Source of the DNA: Octopus sinensis
Taxonomy: Eukaryota
Direction: 5' to 3'
Assembly: GCF_006345805.1 (NCBI RefSeq)
Contig: NW_021826031.1
Span: forward strand, 604,566 to 668,565
DNA: 64,000 bases
The translations under genes and the position numbers were made by a program. Shown here in pieces: positions 36,270-48,917 of the stretch; the stretch's first letter is position 1; every line of letters starts with the position of its first letter. The notes under the pieces were generated by a model. It was given only the letters and a program-made list of their open reading frames with translations, was not told the origin of the DNA and ran no database searches.

Positions 36270-36712
36270 TAATTGTCAGGAGGGCTTTAGAGTCGGCTGA
36301 TTTCCCTTTCATTTTAGAGCCAGTCGGCCTTTTTTGGAGCGACGGCAAGCATCCCGACATTCCTTTTTAGGGAAAGTAAGTACCTGGTTTGGGATGCCAT
36401 TTGCGTCGAGTTTTCTTCGGCGACGATGCTACCAAAGACTTGCACCAATCCGGGATCTGTTAGTGCTCAGGCCGAAGAGTTAAAAAGGACGAAATACCTG
36501 TGTATTCGGGTCTCTTTTGAGTTTGTTCCTCTTGCCTTCGAAACCTCGTAAATCGTTGGCAAGGTCGCAACTCAACTCCTCACTGACTATGGTATGAGAA
36601 TCTCTTCAAAAACAAACGACCGGAGGGAAAAGAGCTGGCTTTTTCAATGAATCACGGTAGCTGTATTTCGTGGAAACTGTCATTCAATATGCAGCGCGGT
36701 GTCGTTGACCTA
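36270..36712 (+). mobile_element. Degraded CRE-clade 3' fragment
   Basis: RALESADFPFILEPVGL..DGKHPD, LVWD, K.TKY, FVPLAFET, SWLFQ..AVFRGN, with stops. Confidence 0.8.
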
Positions 36713-36733
36713 GCCTCTTGACTATCCTTTCAG

Positions 36734-37831
36734 TCACTTTAGGTAGCATCTAACTTTGTTCTTGTTATCGTTTTTTATAAAATACACGATGTTACTCAGT
36801 CCACGTCTTAGCTGCCCATGAGATAAGTATAATGCCTGCTTATTGCTTGCCAATACGTGGAAGTAATTCTTTCGGAGTACTCTTCGGAAAATAAGGTCAA
36901 TTTCATCGTACTCACTCGGCTCGAAATCGATCAGGCCTACGTAGTAGTTTAGCAATGAGATCGTGTACTCGTTCAAGGCATGGAATAAATTCCCTACATT
37001 TAGGCGAGTTTTGTATAACATTTCTGCCATACTACGCAACCCTCCACTTTATACTTTCTCGTTTCAGTTGTGATTAATGAAGCTGGGCACTCAACCACGC
37101 CAAGATACTTATACTCTTGGAGATCTTCAAGACTTTGACTAGGTCACCACACACAGGAGTGTCAGTCGTCAACTTGTATTTGAGCTCCAGACCCACGACC
37201 ATCATATAACGTTCCAAGATTTTGCCCATCGAGTCTTTGCAGGCACTCCATAAAATTTCTGACCTCAGTAGCTACCACTTTAATCATCAACTGTTACATG
37301 TTGGGGATACATGTTATCTACTTTAGGCATAAAATAAGTGACCCCATTACATAAACACTCTGAAATTGAGCCAGGGTCAGATGTAAACTGTTCGATTGTT
37401 CGACACATGTAATCATTGATTGGTTTTCAATTTTATATAATGAAATTATACACCTTATGGTAGCCAACTATAACCCACACTCACTCCAACACAACCCATA
37501 AAGCGCAATAGTGCTTGGGCCAAAATAAATCGCAATCTTCAATTAGCACAATAAGAAAAGTCGGTGCGAAGTCTGAAAGGCAAAACTGACCGTCTCGTAA
37601 ACTCGTTTAGGGTTACTTTATTGACCGTCCCAAGATATCTTTCGAGTCACTCTGCGGTCCGCAAAAGGGACAACACGATTCGCAGAGGTATGCCTACTAA
37701 ATATTTTCTTAACTTGCAAAAGTAGCAATAATTCGCTACTCTGGTTTTCTTGTTGTTCAGAAAACGGGGGCATCCCGTCGGAGTAACCGCAGCGCCAGTT
37801 CTCTTCCGCAAGCCAGCTTGGTCATCAGCTT
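36734..37831 (-). mobile_element. Degraded, internally deleted R4-like family 1 copy
   Basis: KTRLN..NLFHALNEY.ISLLNYYVGLI.FEPSEYDE matches 9617-9850. Further pieces match 8680-8920 and 7800-8020. Confidence 0.85.
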
Positions 37832-39391
37832 GTACCGGTCATATGTTTTAGACATTCTGAAAAAATCCCAGTGTTTGATTTTTCTAAAGAAAAATCCAAT
37901 AAAATAAAAGTTTTTTAGTAAGTATTATCTATATTATTTATATATTTATCATTTTCATATCTTATCTTCGCTTTATCTTCGACTTCTTCATATGTTTAAG
38001 GATTTTGTCGAAATTGGCCCAGTCATATGTTTTAGACATTTTATTTAAATTCATTATATTTCAATAAAATTTATACTTTTTTTCTATTTTTCGTATCGGA
38101 AACGTGTTTTAAATTAATTTGAAAGCAGTATGCCACGACTTTCTGTTGAACAGCGTCATAGAATTGTTTTTATGCGAGAAAATGGTCATACCGTACAGGA
38201 AATATCGATTTTACTTGGAATATCCAGATGCGCCGTAAATCACACTTACCAACGGTATTTGGATGGAAATGGGTTTTACGACAGACCAAAATCTGGAAGA
38301 AATTGTATTCTTTCGGCACGTGCTCAAAGGAATCTTGTACGTGAGTCTCGACGTTTTCCCAAAAAAACAGCGAATGAAATCAGAAAAGACCTAAATATTA
38401 CGGAAACCGTCAGTGTCGAAACTGTACGAAGAATCTTACGCAAAAATGAACTTTTCGTAAGAATAGCAGCTAAAAAACCTAGACTTTCAACTAATAATAT
38501 CAAGAAGAGAAAAATATTCTGCACTAGAAACATTTCATTCGATTGGAATAAGGTCATTTTTACTGACGAGTGCCGCATCGAATTAATTTCGAAAGCACGA
38601 GAATTCGTAAGGAGACCTCCTGGAAATAGATTCAATTCGAACTACACAACGAAAACTCAGAAATTCGCACCTTCAATCATGGTTTGGGGCGGTATCAGAC
38701 ACGATGGAAAAAGTGCCTTGATATTGTGCGAAGGAAATGTAGATTCCGTAGAATATCAACGAATCTTGGAACAAGGGCTTTCTGAGATATATGATGATAA
38801 CTTTATTTTCCAACAAGATGGTGCATCATGTCATACTTCACGGTCTACAAAAAATTATTTGCTTGAAAAAGGAGTGAATATTTTAAACAATTGGCCTGCA
38901 CAATCGCCAGATCTTAACATAATAGAAAATTGCTGGCATTATTTAAAGAGCAAAATCAGAAATAGAAACCCTCAGAACGTTAAGCAACTATGGGAGATGG
39001 CAAAAGATGAATGGAACAAGATGGGAGATGATTATATTCAAAACTTGTATTTGTCGATCCCAAATAGAATACATGATGTAATATCGAAAAAAGGAGATGT
39101 AACTAAATACTAACTTGTGTTTTAATTAATAAAAACTCGTTTTAACTTTTAAAAATTCCAGATTATGGATGTGCATCGTAAATGTCTAAAACATATGACT
39201 GGGCCAGTTTCGACAAAATCTATAAAAAGATCAAGATGTCGAAAATACAGTGACGATGAGATTGGGAAAAAATAAATAACTAAAAAAAATGGATAATGCT
39301 TAATGAAAAGCATTTTTTTAATAAGATTTTTCTTTAGAAAAATCAAACACTGGGATTTTTTCAGAATGTCTAAAACATATGACCGGTACTG
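37832..39391 (+). mobile_element. Tc1-family transposon, IR/DR type with ~210-bp inverted repeats
   Basis: Right end ...catatgaccggtactg+TA. The left end lacks the first CA and the TA. Inner repeats gtcatatgttttagacatt at ~38022 and ~39181. Confidence 0.93.
38130..39113 (+). CDS. Intact Tc1-like transposase, 327 aa, DD35E
   Basis: Paired-like HTH, SGR, VSVETVRRIL, AAKKP, FTDE, MVWG, FQQDGASCH, WPAQSPDLNIIE. No stops or introns. Confidence 0.95.
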   Translation: MPRLSVEQRHRIVFMRENGHTVQEISILLGISRCAVNHTYQRYLDGNGFYDRPKSGRNCILSARAQRNLVRESRRFPKKTANEIRKDLNITETVSVETVRRILRKNELFVRIAAKKPRLSTNNIKKRKIFCTRNISFDWNKVIFTDECRIELISKAREFVRRPPGNRFNSNYTTKTQKFAPSIMVWGGIRHDGKSALILCEGNVDSVEYQRILEQGLSEIYDDNFIFQQDGASCHTSRSTKNYLLEKGVNILNNWPAQSPDLNIIENCWHYLKSKIRNRNPQNVKQLWEMAKDEWNKMGDDYIQNLYLSIPNRIHDVISKKGDVTKY

Positions 39392-39393
39392 TA

Positions 39394-40595
39394 TAAGGTG
39401 GGCATGCAGGTTATCGGGCGATAATCCGCCGGAGACGCTGGACAGGACACTTTTGGTATCAAATAAGTAACACCAGTGCACAACCAGCTTGGGATACTAT
39501 CCGGGCACGCTATACACTTCTCGATTATATTAAACATACAATCGTGCAATGAGGTACAGCGTTTTATAGAGAAATTAAATACTTTATCAATCCCGGTAGT
39601 TTTCCAATCTGAAAGGCGGGAAACTGCCTCATCGAACTTCTTGCGAATGTCAAAGACACCGCAAGACTCGGTCATCAAGGGTCTGGTAGACTCTAGGCTA
39701 AAGTCCACTTTTCCCTTGCGAGGTCGGACTTTCCACATACTCCCCCATGTGGCTAACATCTCCGAGTCTTGCTGGCTACCCTCCTTCACCCCATCATCGT
39801 GAAACGACGATAAAACATCCTGCGATTAAACTCAAACAGGTTGTTCTCTCGATTATGTTTAAACCTCGATTCATAGGTAGAGAGTTTCTTCTTGTAAACA
39901 AGAATAGACTCTTCTACCTCATTCTTTGCACTAACGACTTCATTCAGGTCCCACTTAGCGGCCCTGTGTCGGTAAAATACGGTACGCACCAAGGGGGGAG
40001 TCTTGCCTTTGACCCCGTTTCCCACATTCGAAATGTGCCCAATCAGTGCTTCCAGCTCTACCTCGCGCAAGGAAATCTTTGCAGCGATGTTGTCCTTCCA
40101 CTTACTAGGTTGTCTGGGCTTAACCGTCAATTCCTCGTAGGTAACTTGAGCCACATACAAAAGGAGGGAAATCTCCTCTAGAGACTCTGGCCGCTTACTC
40201 AACAAATGGTGAGCAATGGCCCTGTTGATACCAGTCAGTACTCCACCTCTGACCTTACACGCAGGTATCTTCCCGGTCACTCTGCGGTCCGCTAGGGGGA
40301 CAGACGAAAATGCAGAGAGATTCCGAGAGAATACCTCATACACATGCTTGAGTAGTGATAAATCACTACTCTGGTGCTCGTGCACTACACTGCACGGGGG
40401 GCCTGCAGTCGCCGGTTGACTGGTCCTCCCCCTCGGAGCAGCAGTTTTATGGGACGCCAGCTTTTTAAACTCAGCAACGGACAGGGATGCACTAAAGGTG
40501 CTGTTGAAGAGCTCAGTCAAGTATGGCCAACCATTCCTGGGCATTCTTGGAAACCTGCCCAACACCTGGGAGGTTGCCTGTCTGATTGTAGGAAA
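39394..40595 (-). mobile_element. N-terminal part of a diverged R4-like family 1 relative
   Basis: PRMPRNGWP, VGNGVKGKTPPLVR, RENNLFEFNRR, DWKTTG.DK, GVTYLIPK, DYRPITC, parallel to 7690-8870. Confidence 0.88.
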
Positions 40596-42212
40596 GAAAG
40601 TCAAGCGGAAAAAACGTCAAGTGGAAAAAAAGTCAAGTCCGTAAGCGGAAAAAAAGTCAAGTGGAAAAAAAGTCAAGTCGTCTTTGTTTACTTTATATTG
40701 TATCTTTTTCGCAATAATAGCAACTTTTAATTTTTAACAAATTTTTTCAATACTTGACTTTTTTTCCGCTTTACTTTTTTTCCATTTTTGAAATTTATTC
40801 CCTTATAAATTTTCGAAATTTAGCGCAAAACGGAAAAAAAGTCAAGTCCGTAATTTCGTTAACGAACTTGACTTATTTTCCGTCTTAAAATAATCGCTTT
40901 TCCTAAATCAATTTAACAAAGGAGGAAAAAAAATTTGTTTCAAAGGTTATATGTATACAAGGCACTCGACAACAAAAAATTATATAATTTTTAATTGTGT
41001 TAAAAAGTCTTCGCAAGGATGCAGAGGAAGCTTAAGAACAGATCATAACTTTGAGTTTCCTAAAGAAGGAACCTCTCACAATCACGAATTAGACGAAACT
41101 CAAATAAAACTGACGAAGTTGTGCAACAAGGCAAAACTTCTTGCAAAAAAGAGCCAAGAGAATCCCTTACAAATCTATTCAAATGTTGTTTCTCAATGTG
41201 ATACATCATCCAGAATTATTCTCCCTTCTGCAGATTCTTTCAAGCGAACAATAAGAAATCAACGCTTGTCTCTACATATTCCAAAAAATATTCTAGATCT
41301 AGAAGATATTCCATCATTTTTAACTTCAACTCTTGGTCCGGATTCAGAAAACTTTTTAATTTATGATAATCAAAGAAGAAACGATAGACTTTTAATATTC
41401 AGCACCAATACTAATTTAACGTTATTGGCAAATTCCAAAGTATGGTATATGGATGGAAATTTCTCTATGACACCATGCATATTCAAGCAAATATATTTTA
41501 TCAGAATTGAGTTCAATTCCAGTCCAATTACAGCTATTTATGGAATATTATCTTCTAAATCAAGAAAAATTTACGAAGAATTTTTTGAGACTATTCAAAA
41601 TGCAATTCGTAATTTGAATTTGGAATTTTGTCTTGAAACTATTATGGCAGACTTTGAAGATTCGGTATTTCGAGACTTGCAGTATTTGGGAGACGAATAC
41701 TAGAGGATGTTATTATCATCTAAGGCAGTCAACTTGAGAAAAATTCAAGAATTGCATTTAGTAAAAGAATATAAAGAAAATATTAACTTCAACATTTTTT
41801 GCGCTATGATCGAGGCTCTTGCGTTTTTGCCCATTCAAGATCTGGAAGAAGGAATAGAATTCCTAATAGATAATATACCAAAAGATGTTCCAGATTCAAA
41901 ATATATAGTAGATTATTTTGATCGAACATATGTTCGTGGTTATTATCGTTGCTTAAATAAACAAGAAAACCCTTTATCTGTTAGAATACAGCACATTTCT
42001 CCATTGTTCCCTCCAATTTTATGGAATGTGTATGAAGCCACGCTCAATAATGATCAAAGAACAAACAACTATTGTGAAGGATGGAACAATAAATTATACA
42101 ATTTGACGGGATATCGTCATCCATCGATATGGAATATTATATCTTCTTTTCAAAAAGAAGAAAAAATGACGAAAACAATTATTGACCAGGATTCCATCGG
42201 AAGAAAAATTAC
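40596..42212 (+). mobile_element. Mutator/MULE transposon (FLYWCH plus MULE DDE), frameshifted, 3' end missing
   Basis: Subterminal aaaaaagtcaagt repeats at 40596-40885. GYMY..F.C....C....HNH, WYMDGNF..P..F.Q.Y, MADFE, GCYYHL (out of frame), RTNNYCEGWN, HPSIW. Confidence 0.9.
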
Positions 42213-42218
42213 GAGTTC

Positions 42219-45200
42219 CTGCAATTTAACAAGTTCCTTGCATATGATATTGGGGTACTTGAGATTATGTAATAAATTGCGTAATATATTAGCAATTTTG
42301 GATGATCCGTAGATGTAAGGATATGGGGGTACTTGAGATTATGTAATAAATTGAGTAATAAATTGCGTAATATATTATGCAATTTAACAAGTTCCTTGCA
42401 TATGATATGGGGGTACTTGAGATTATGTAATAAATTGAGTAATAAATTGCGTAATATATTATGTAATTTAACAAGTTCCTTGCATATGATATGGGGGTAC
42501 TTGAGATTATGTAATAAATTGAGTAATAAATTGCGTAATATATTATGCAATTTTGGATGGTCCTTAGATGTAAGGATATGGGGGTACTTGAGATTATGTA
42601 ATAAATTGAGTAATAATTTGCGTAATATATTATGTAATTTAACAAGTTCCTTGCATATGATATGGGGGTACTTGAGATTATGTAATAAATTTTGTAATAA
42701 ATTGCGTAATATATTATGCAATTTAACAAGTTCCTTGCATATAATATGGGGGTACTTGAGACTATGTAATAAATTGAGTAATAAATTGCGTAATATATTA
42801 TGTAATTTAACAAGTTCCTTGCATATGATATTGGGGTACTTGAGATTATGTAATAAATTGAGTAATAAATTGCGTAATATATTATGCAATTTAACAAGTT
42901 CCTTGCATATGATATGGGGGTACTTGAGATTATGTAATAAATTGCGTAATAAATTGCGTAATATATTATGTAATTTAACAAGTTCCTTGCATATGATATG
43001 GGGGTACTTGAGATTATGTAATAAATTGAGTAATAAATTGCGTAATATATTATGCAATTTAACAAGTTCCTTGCATATGATATGGGGGTACTTGAGATTA
43101 TGTAATAAATTGAGTAATAAATTGCGTAATATATTATGCAATTTAACAAGTTCCTTGCATATGATATGGGGGTACTTGAGATTATGTAATAAATTGAGTA
43201 ATAAATTGCGTAATATATTATGCAATTTAACAAGTTCCTTGCATATGATATTGGGGTACTTGAGATTATGTAATAAATTGCGTAATATATTAGCAATTTT
43301 GGATGATCCGTAGATGTAAGGATATGGGGGTACTTGAGATTATGTAATAAATTGCGTAATATATTAGCAATTTTGGATGATCCGTAGATGTAAGGATATG
43401 GGAGTACTTGAGATTATGTAATAAATTGAGTAATAAATTGCGTAATATATTATGCAATTTTGGATGGTCCGTAGTTGTAAGGATATGGGGGTACTTGAGA
43501 TTATGTAATAAATTGAGTAATAAATTGCGTAATATATTATGCAATTTAACAAGTTCCTTGCATATAATATGGGGGTACTTGAGACTATGTAATAAATTGA
43601 GTAATAAATTGCGTAATATATTATGCAATTTAACAAGTTCCTTGCATATGATATGGGGGTACTTGAGATTATGTAATAAATTGAGTAATAAATTGCGTAA
43701 TATATTATGCAATTTAACAAGTTCCTTGCATATGATATGGGGGTACTTGAGATTATGTAATAAATTGAGTAATAAATTGCGTAATATATTATGCAATTTA
43801 ACAAGTTCCTTGCATATGATATTGGGGTACTTGAGATTATGTAATAAATTGCGTAATATATTAGCAATTTTGGATGATCCGTAGATGTAAGGATATGGGG
43901 GTACTTGAGATTATGTAATAAATTGAGTAATAAATTGCGTAATACATTATGCAATTTAACAAGTTCCTTGCATATGATATGGGGGTACTTGAGATTATGT
44001 AATAAATTTTGTAATAAATTGCGTAATATATTATGTAATTTATGAGATTATGTAATAAATTGAGTAATAAATTGCGTAATATATTATGCAATTTAACAAG
44101 TTTCTTGCATATGATATGGGGGTACTTGAGATTATGTAATAAATTGAGTAATAAATTGCGTAATATATTATGCAATTTTGGATGGTCCGTAGTTGTAAGG
44201 ATATGGGGGTACTTGAGATTATGTAATAAATTGAGTAATAAATTGCGTAATATATTATGCAATTTAACAAGTTCCTTGCATATGATATGGGGGTACTTGA
44301 GATTATGTAATAAATTGAGTAATAAATTGCGTAATATATTATGCAATTTAACAAGTTTCTTGCATATGATATGGGGGTACTTGAGATTATGTAATAAATT
44401 GAGTAATAAATTGCGTAATATATTATGCAATTTTGGATGGTACTTAGATGTAAGGATATGGGGGTACTTGAGATTATGTAAAAATTGAGTAATAAATGCG
44501 TAATATATTATGCATTTAACAAGTTCCTTGCATATGATATGGGGGTACTTGAGATTATGTAATAAATTGAGTAATAAATTGCGTAATATATTATGTAATT
44601 TATGAGATTATGTAATAAATTGAGTAATAAATTGCGTAATATATTATGCAATTTAACAAGTTCCTTGCATATAATATGGGGGTACTTGAGACTATGTAAT
44701 AAATTGAGTAATAAATTGCGTAATATATTATGCAATTTAACAAGTTCCTTGCATATGATATGGGGGTACTTGAGATTATGTAATAAATTGAGTAATAAAT
44801 TGCGTAATATAATATGCAATTTAACAAGTTTCTTGCATATGATATGGGGGTACTTGAGATTATGTAATAAATTGAGTAATAAATTGCGTAATATATTATG
44901 TAATTTAACAAGTTCCTTGCATATGATATTGGGGTACTTGAGATTATGTATTAAATTGCGTAATATATTAGCAATTTTGGATGATCCGTAGATGTAAGGA
45001 TATGGGGGTACTTGAGATAATGTAATAAATTGCGTAATATATTAGCAATTTTGGATGATCCGTAGATGTAAGGATATGGGAGTACTTGAGATTATGTAAT
45101 AAATTGAGTAATAAATTGCGTAATATATTATGTAATTTAACAAGTTCCTTGCATATGATATGGGGGTACTTAAGATTATGTAATAAATTGAGTAATAAAT

Positions 45201-47461
45201 TGCGTAATATATTATGTAATTTAACAAGTTCCTTGCATATGATATGGGGGTACTTAAGATTATGTAATAAATTGAGTAATAAATTGCGTAATATATTATG
45301 TAATTTAACAAGTTCCTTGCATATGATATGGGGGTACTTGAGATTATGTAATTAATTGAGTAATAAATTGCGTAATATATTATGTAATTTAACAAGTTCC
45401 TTGCATATGATATGGGGGTACTTGAGATTATGTAATAAATTGCGTAATAAATTGCGTAATATATTATGTAATTTAACAAGTTCCTTGCATATGATATGGG
45501 GGTACTTGAGATTATGTAATAAATTGCGTAATATATTAGCAATTTTGGATGATCCGTAGATGTAAGGATATGGGAGTACTTGAGATTATGTAATAAATTG
45601 CGTAATATATTATGTAATATAACAAGTTCCTTGCATATGATATGGGGGTACTTAAGATTATGTAATAAATTGAGTAATAAATTGCGTAATATATTATGTA
45701 ATTTAACAAGTTCCTTGCATATGATATGGGGGTACTTGAGATTATGTAATTAATTGAGTAATAAATTGCGTAATATATTATGTAATTTAACAAGTTCCTT
45801 GCATATGATATGGGGGTACTTGAGATTATGTAATAAATTGCGTAATAAATTGCGTAATAAATTGCGTAATATATTATGTAATTTAACAAGTTCCTTGCAT
45901 ATGATATGGGGGTACTTGAGATTATGTAATAAATTGAGTAATAAATTGCGTAATATATTATGTAATTTAACAAGTTCCTTGCATATGATATGGGGGTACT
46001 TGAGATTATGTAATAAATTGAGTAATAAATTGCGTAATATATTATGCAATTTAACAAGTTCCTTGCATATAATATGGGGGTACTTGAGACTATGTAATAA
46101 ATTGAGTAATAAATTGCGTAATATATTATGCAATTTAACAAGTTCCTTGCATATGATATGGGGGTACTTGAGATTATGTAATAAATTGAGTAATAAATTG
46201 CGTAATATATTATGCAATTTAACAAGTTTCTTGCATATGATATGGGGGTACTTGAGATTATGTAATAAATTGAGTAATAAATTGCGTAATATATTATGCA
46301 ATTTTGGATGGTACTTAGATGTAAGGATATGGGGGTACTTGAGATTATGTAATAAATTGAGTAATAAATTGCGTAATATATTATGCAATTTAACAAGTTT
46401 CTTGCATATGATATGGGGGTACTTGAGATTATGTAATAAATTGAGTAATAAATTGCGTAATATATTATGCAATTTTGGATGGTCCGTAGATGTAAGGATA
46501 TGGGGGTATTGAGATTATGTAATAAATTGAGTAATAAATTGCGTAATAAATTGCGTAATATATTATGCAATTTTGGATGGTACTTAGATGTAAGGATATG
46601 GGGGTACTTGAGATTATGTAATAAATTGAGTAATAAATTGCGTAATATATTATGCAATTTAACAAGTTTCTTGCATATGATATGGGGGTACTTGAGATTA
46701 TGTAATAAATTGAGTAATAAATTGCGTAATATATTATGCAATTTTGGATGGTCCGTAGATGTAAGGATATGGGGGTATTGAGATTATGTAATAAATTGAG
46801 TAATAAATTGCGTAATAAATTGCGTAATATATTATGCAATTTTGGATGGTCCGTAGATGTAAGGATATGGGGGTACTTGAGATTATGTAATAAATTGCGT
46901 AATAAATTGCGTAATATATTATGTAATTTAACAAGTTCCTTGCATATGATATGTGGGTACTTGAGATTATGTAATAAATTGAGTAATAAATTGCGTAATA
47001 TATTATGTAATTTAACAAGTTCCTTGCATATGATATGGGGGTACTTGAGATTATGTAATAAATTGAGTAATAAATTGCGTAATATATTATGCAATTTAAC
47101 AAGTTCCTTGCATATGATATGGGGGTACTTGAGATTATGTAATAAATTGAGTAATAAATTGCGTAATATATTATGTAATTTAACAAGTTCCTTGCATATG
47201 ATATTGGGGTACTTGAGATTATGTATTAAATTGCGTAATATATTAGCAATTTTGGATGATCCGTAGATGTAAGGATATGGGGGTACTTGAGATTATGTAA
47301 TAAATTGCGTAATATATTAGCAATTTTGGATGATCCGTAGATGTAAGGATATGGGAGTACTTGAGATTATGTAATAAATTGAGTAATAAATTGCGTAATA
47401 TATTATGTAATTTAACAAGTTCCTTGCATATGATATGGGGGTACTTAAGATTATGTAATAA
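42219..47461. repeat. Tandem satellite of about 5.2 kb: 84-bp (A) and 87-bp (B) units built on a 12-bp sub-repeat
   Basis: A = aatttaacaagttccttgcatatgatatgggggtacttgagattatgtaataaattgagtaataaattgcgtaatatattatgc. B replaces the head with aattttggatggtccgtagatgtaag. The sub-repeat gtaataaattg(a/c) varies in number. Confidence 0.97.
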
Positions 47462-48737
47462 TTTGATTCTCAAAAATATACCAATAACGAATATAGTTGC
47501 CTGTGCAACACGTTCCAACTGTACTGACTATTCATTGTGTGATCCATCGGCAGCATTTAGTTGCTAAAAACACAACTGCTCGATTATATTTTTCTCTTAA
47601 TACAGTTATTTCTTCTATTAACAAATTTAAATCAAACTCGCTGAATTCACGTCTTTTTTTACCAGCTTTGTGTTGATAATGATGAAGATTTTGTACGACT
47701 TTTAATGCATACAGAAGTAAGGTGGCTATCAAAGGGTGACTGTTTGGGACGTATATTTTCTCTTTTCGACACTGTGGTTGAATTCTTCAAATCTTTGAAC
47801 TCTCACCTTGGTCCAGATCTAGAATCTATTAAACATGATGTTGCTTATTTAGCAGACATTTTTGCTAAGTTTAATGTACTTAACGTACAACTACAATTCG
47901 CCGATACTAACTTAATAAAGTTATTTGTTAATTTTTCTCATACTATTTTAATTTTTTTTAAAAGCCAATGTTATAAAAGAAAATATAAGTTAATTAAGGT
48001 TGCTTAAGAGCAGAAAGGATAGCGTGGCTATTTTAATTTAGGCAAGGTCACTCATTACTGCTTTTATTTCAATGCCATCATTGTTTTGTAGAAATATTGG
48101 TAGAAAGGAGTTAAACCAATTTCCACGTCTCGATAATCTTAAAAACCTACTTTCTGAAGACGATCTCGAAAATTATGTTGAACATTTAATCACTCTTGAA
48201 AATGATATGAAGCAGCGTTTCAAAGATTTGTGCGAACTAGAAGTTCCGGACTGGATCATAGATCCTTTTCAAGATATCGACGACGTCGAATCTTGTTGTC
48301 AACTGGAACTAATTGTATTGAAAAATGATTGGGAATTGAAACCAACATTCAAACGAAAGTCCTATCAAGATTTTTGGCTACAGGCGGTTATTCCTGAAAA
48401 ATATCCTGTGTTATGGGAGAAAGCTAAATTATTTTTTATCGCTTTTCCTACTTCTTACTTGGTTGAGAGAAGCTTTAACGTTCTATCTCAACTCGTTGCC
48501 AAAAGTCGAAACCGCTTAGACGTTGCTAAGAGAGGAGATCTACGGCTTCGTCTCACGAACATAAAGCCAAATGTAGAACTTGTTTCTAAATTCATACAAC
48601 GTCATTGTTCTCATTGATTGTTGTTATAAATAAATTAATTTTTTTCTTTTTATTTCCATGTACATTTTCATGGTGGGCTATATTGCTAAAAAGTTTGTTA
48701 AAGGGGGCGACAACAAGAAAAAGTTTAGGAAACACTG
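47462..48737 (+). mobile_element. Buster-type hAT, 5'-truncated at the satellite
   Basis: NIVACAT, IHCVIHRQHL, HTEVRWLSKG, VAYLADIF, PDWIIDPF, AFPTSYLVERSF, RNRL..RGDLRL. Terminal gaaacactg + catTAgtc. Confidence 0.9.
47955..48027 (-). mobile_element. About 75-nt 3' tip of the CRE element, retroposed with TSD
   Basis: Reverse complement matches 6070-6113 plus 7154-7185. TSD ctattttaattt (47943-54, 48028-39). Confidence 0.88.
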
Positions 48738-48917
48738 CATTAGTCCAAAACTTCAAGCAACGGTCCGTGTCAAGACACTCATTATGTTGGAGGGTAGAAT
48801 TGAGTCTTCTATAAAAGGATTTTATATACAACTAAAAATTTCTGTTATCCTACCTGACTGTCTTCTTAAATCAGAAATATTCAGTTTCTTATTAAGAATT
48901 TTAATTTTATCATTTAT

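Noticed and set aside
42219-47461. CRISPR-like array (constant repeat plus variable segment)
   Set aside because: Only two recurring head types rather than unique spacers, no cas genes, and a eukaryotic context.
42209-47518. Long ORFs (up to 401 aa) as real genes
   Set aside because: They are by-products of 3n tandem units, overlap on both strands, and are broken by recurrent 1-bp variants.
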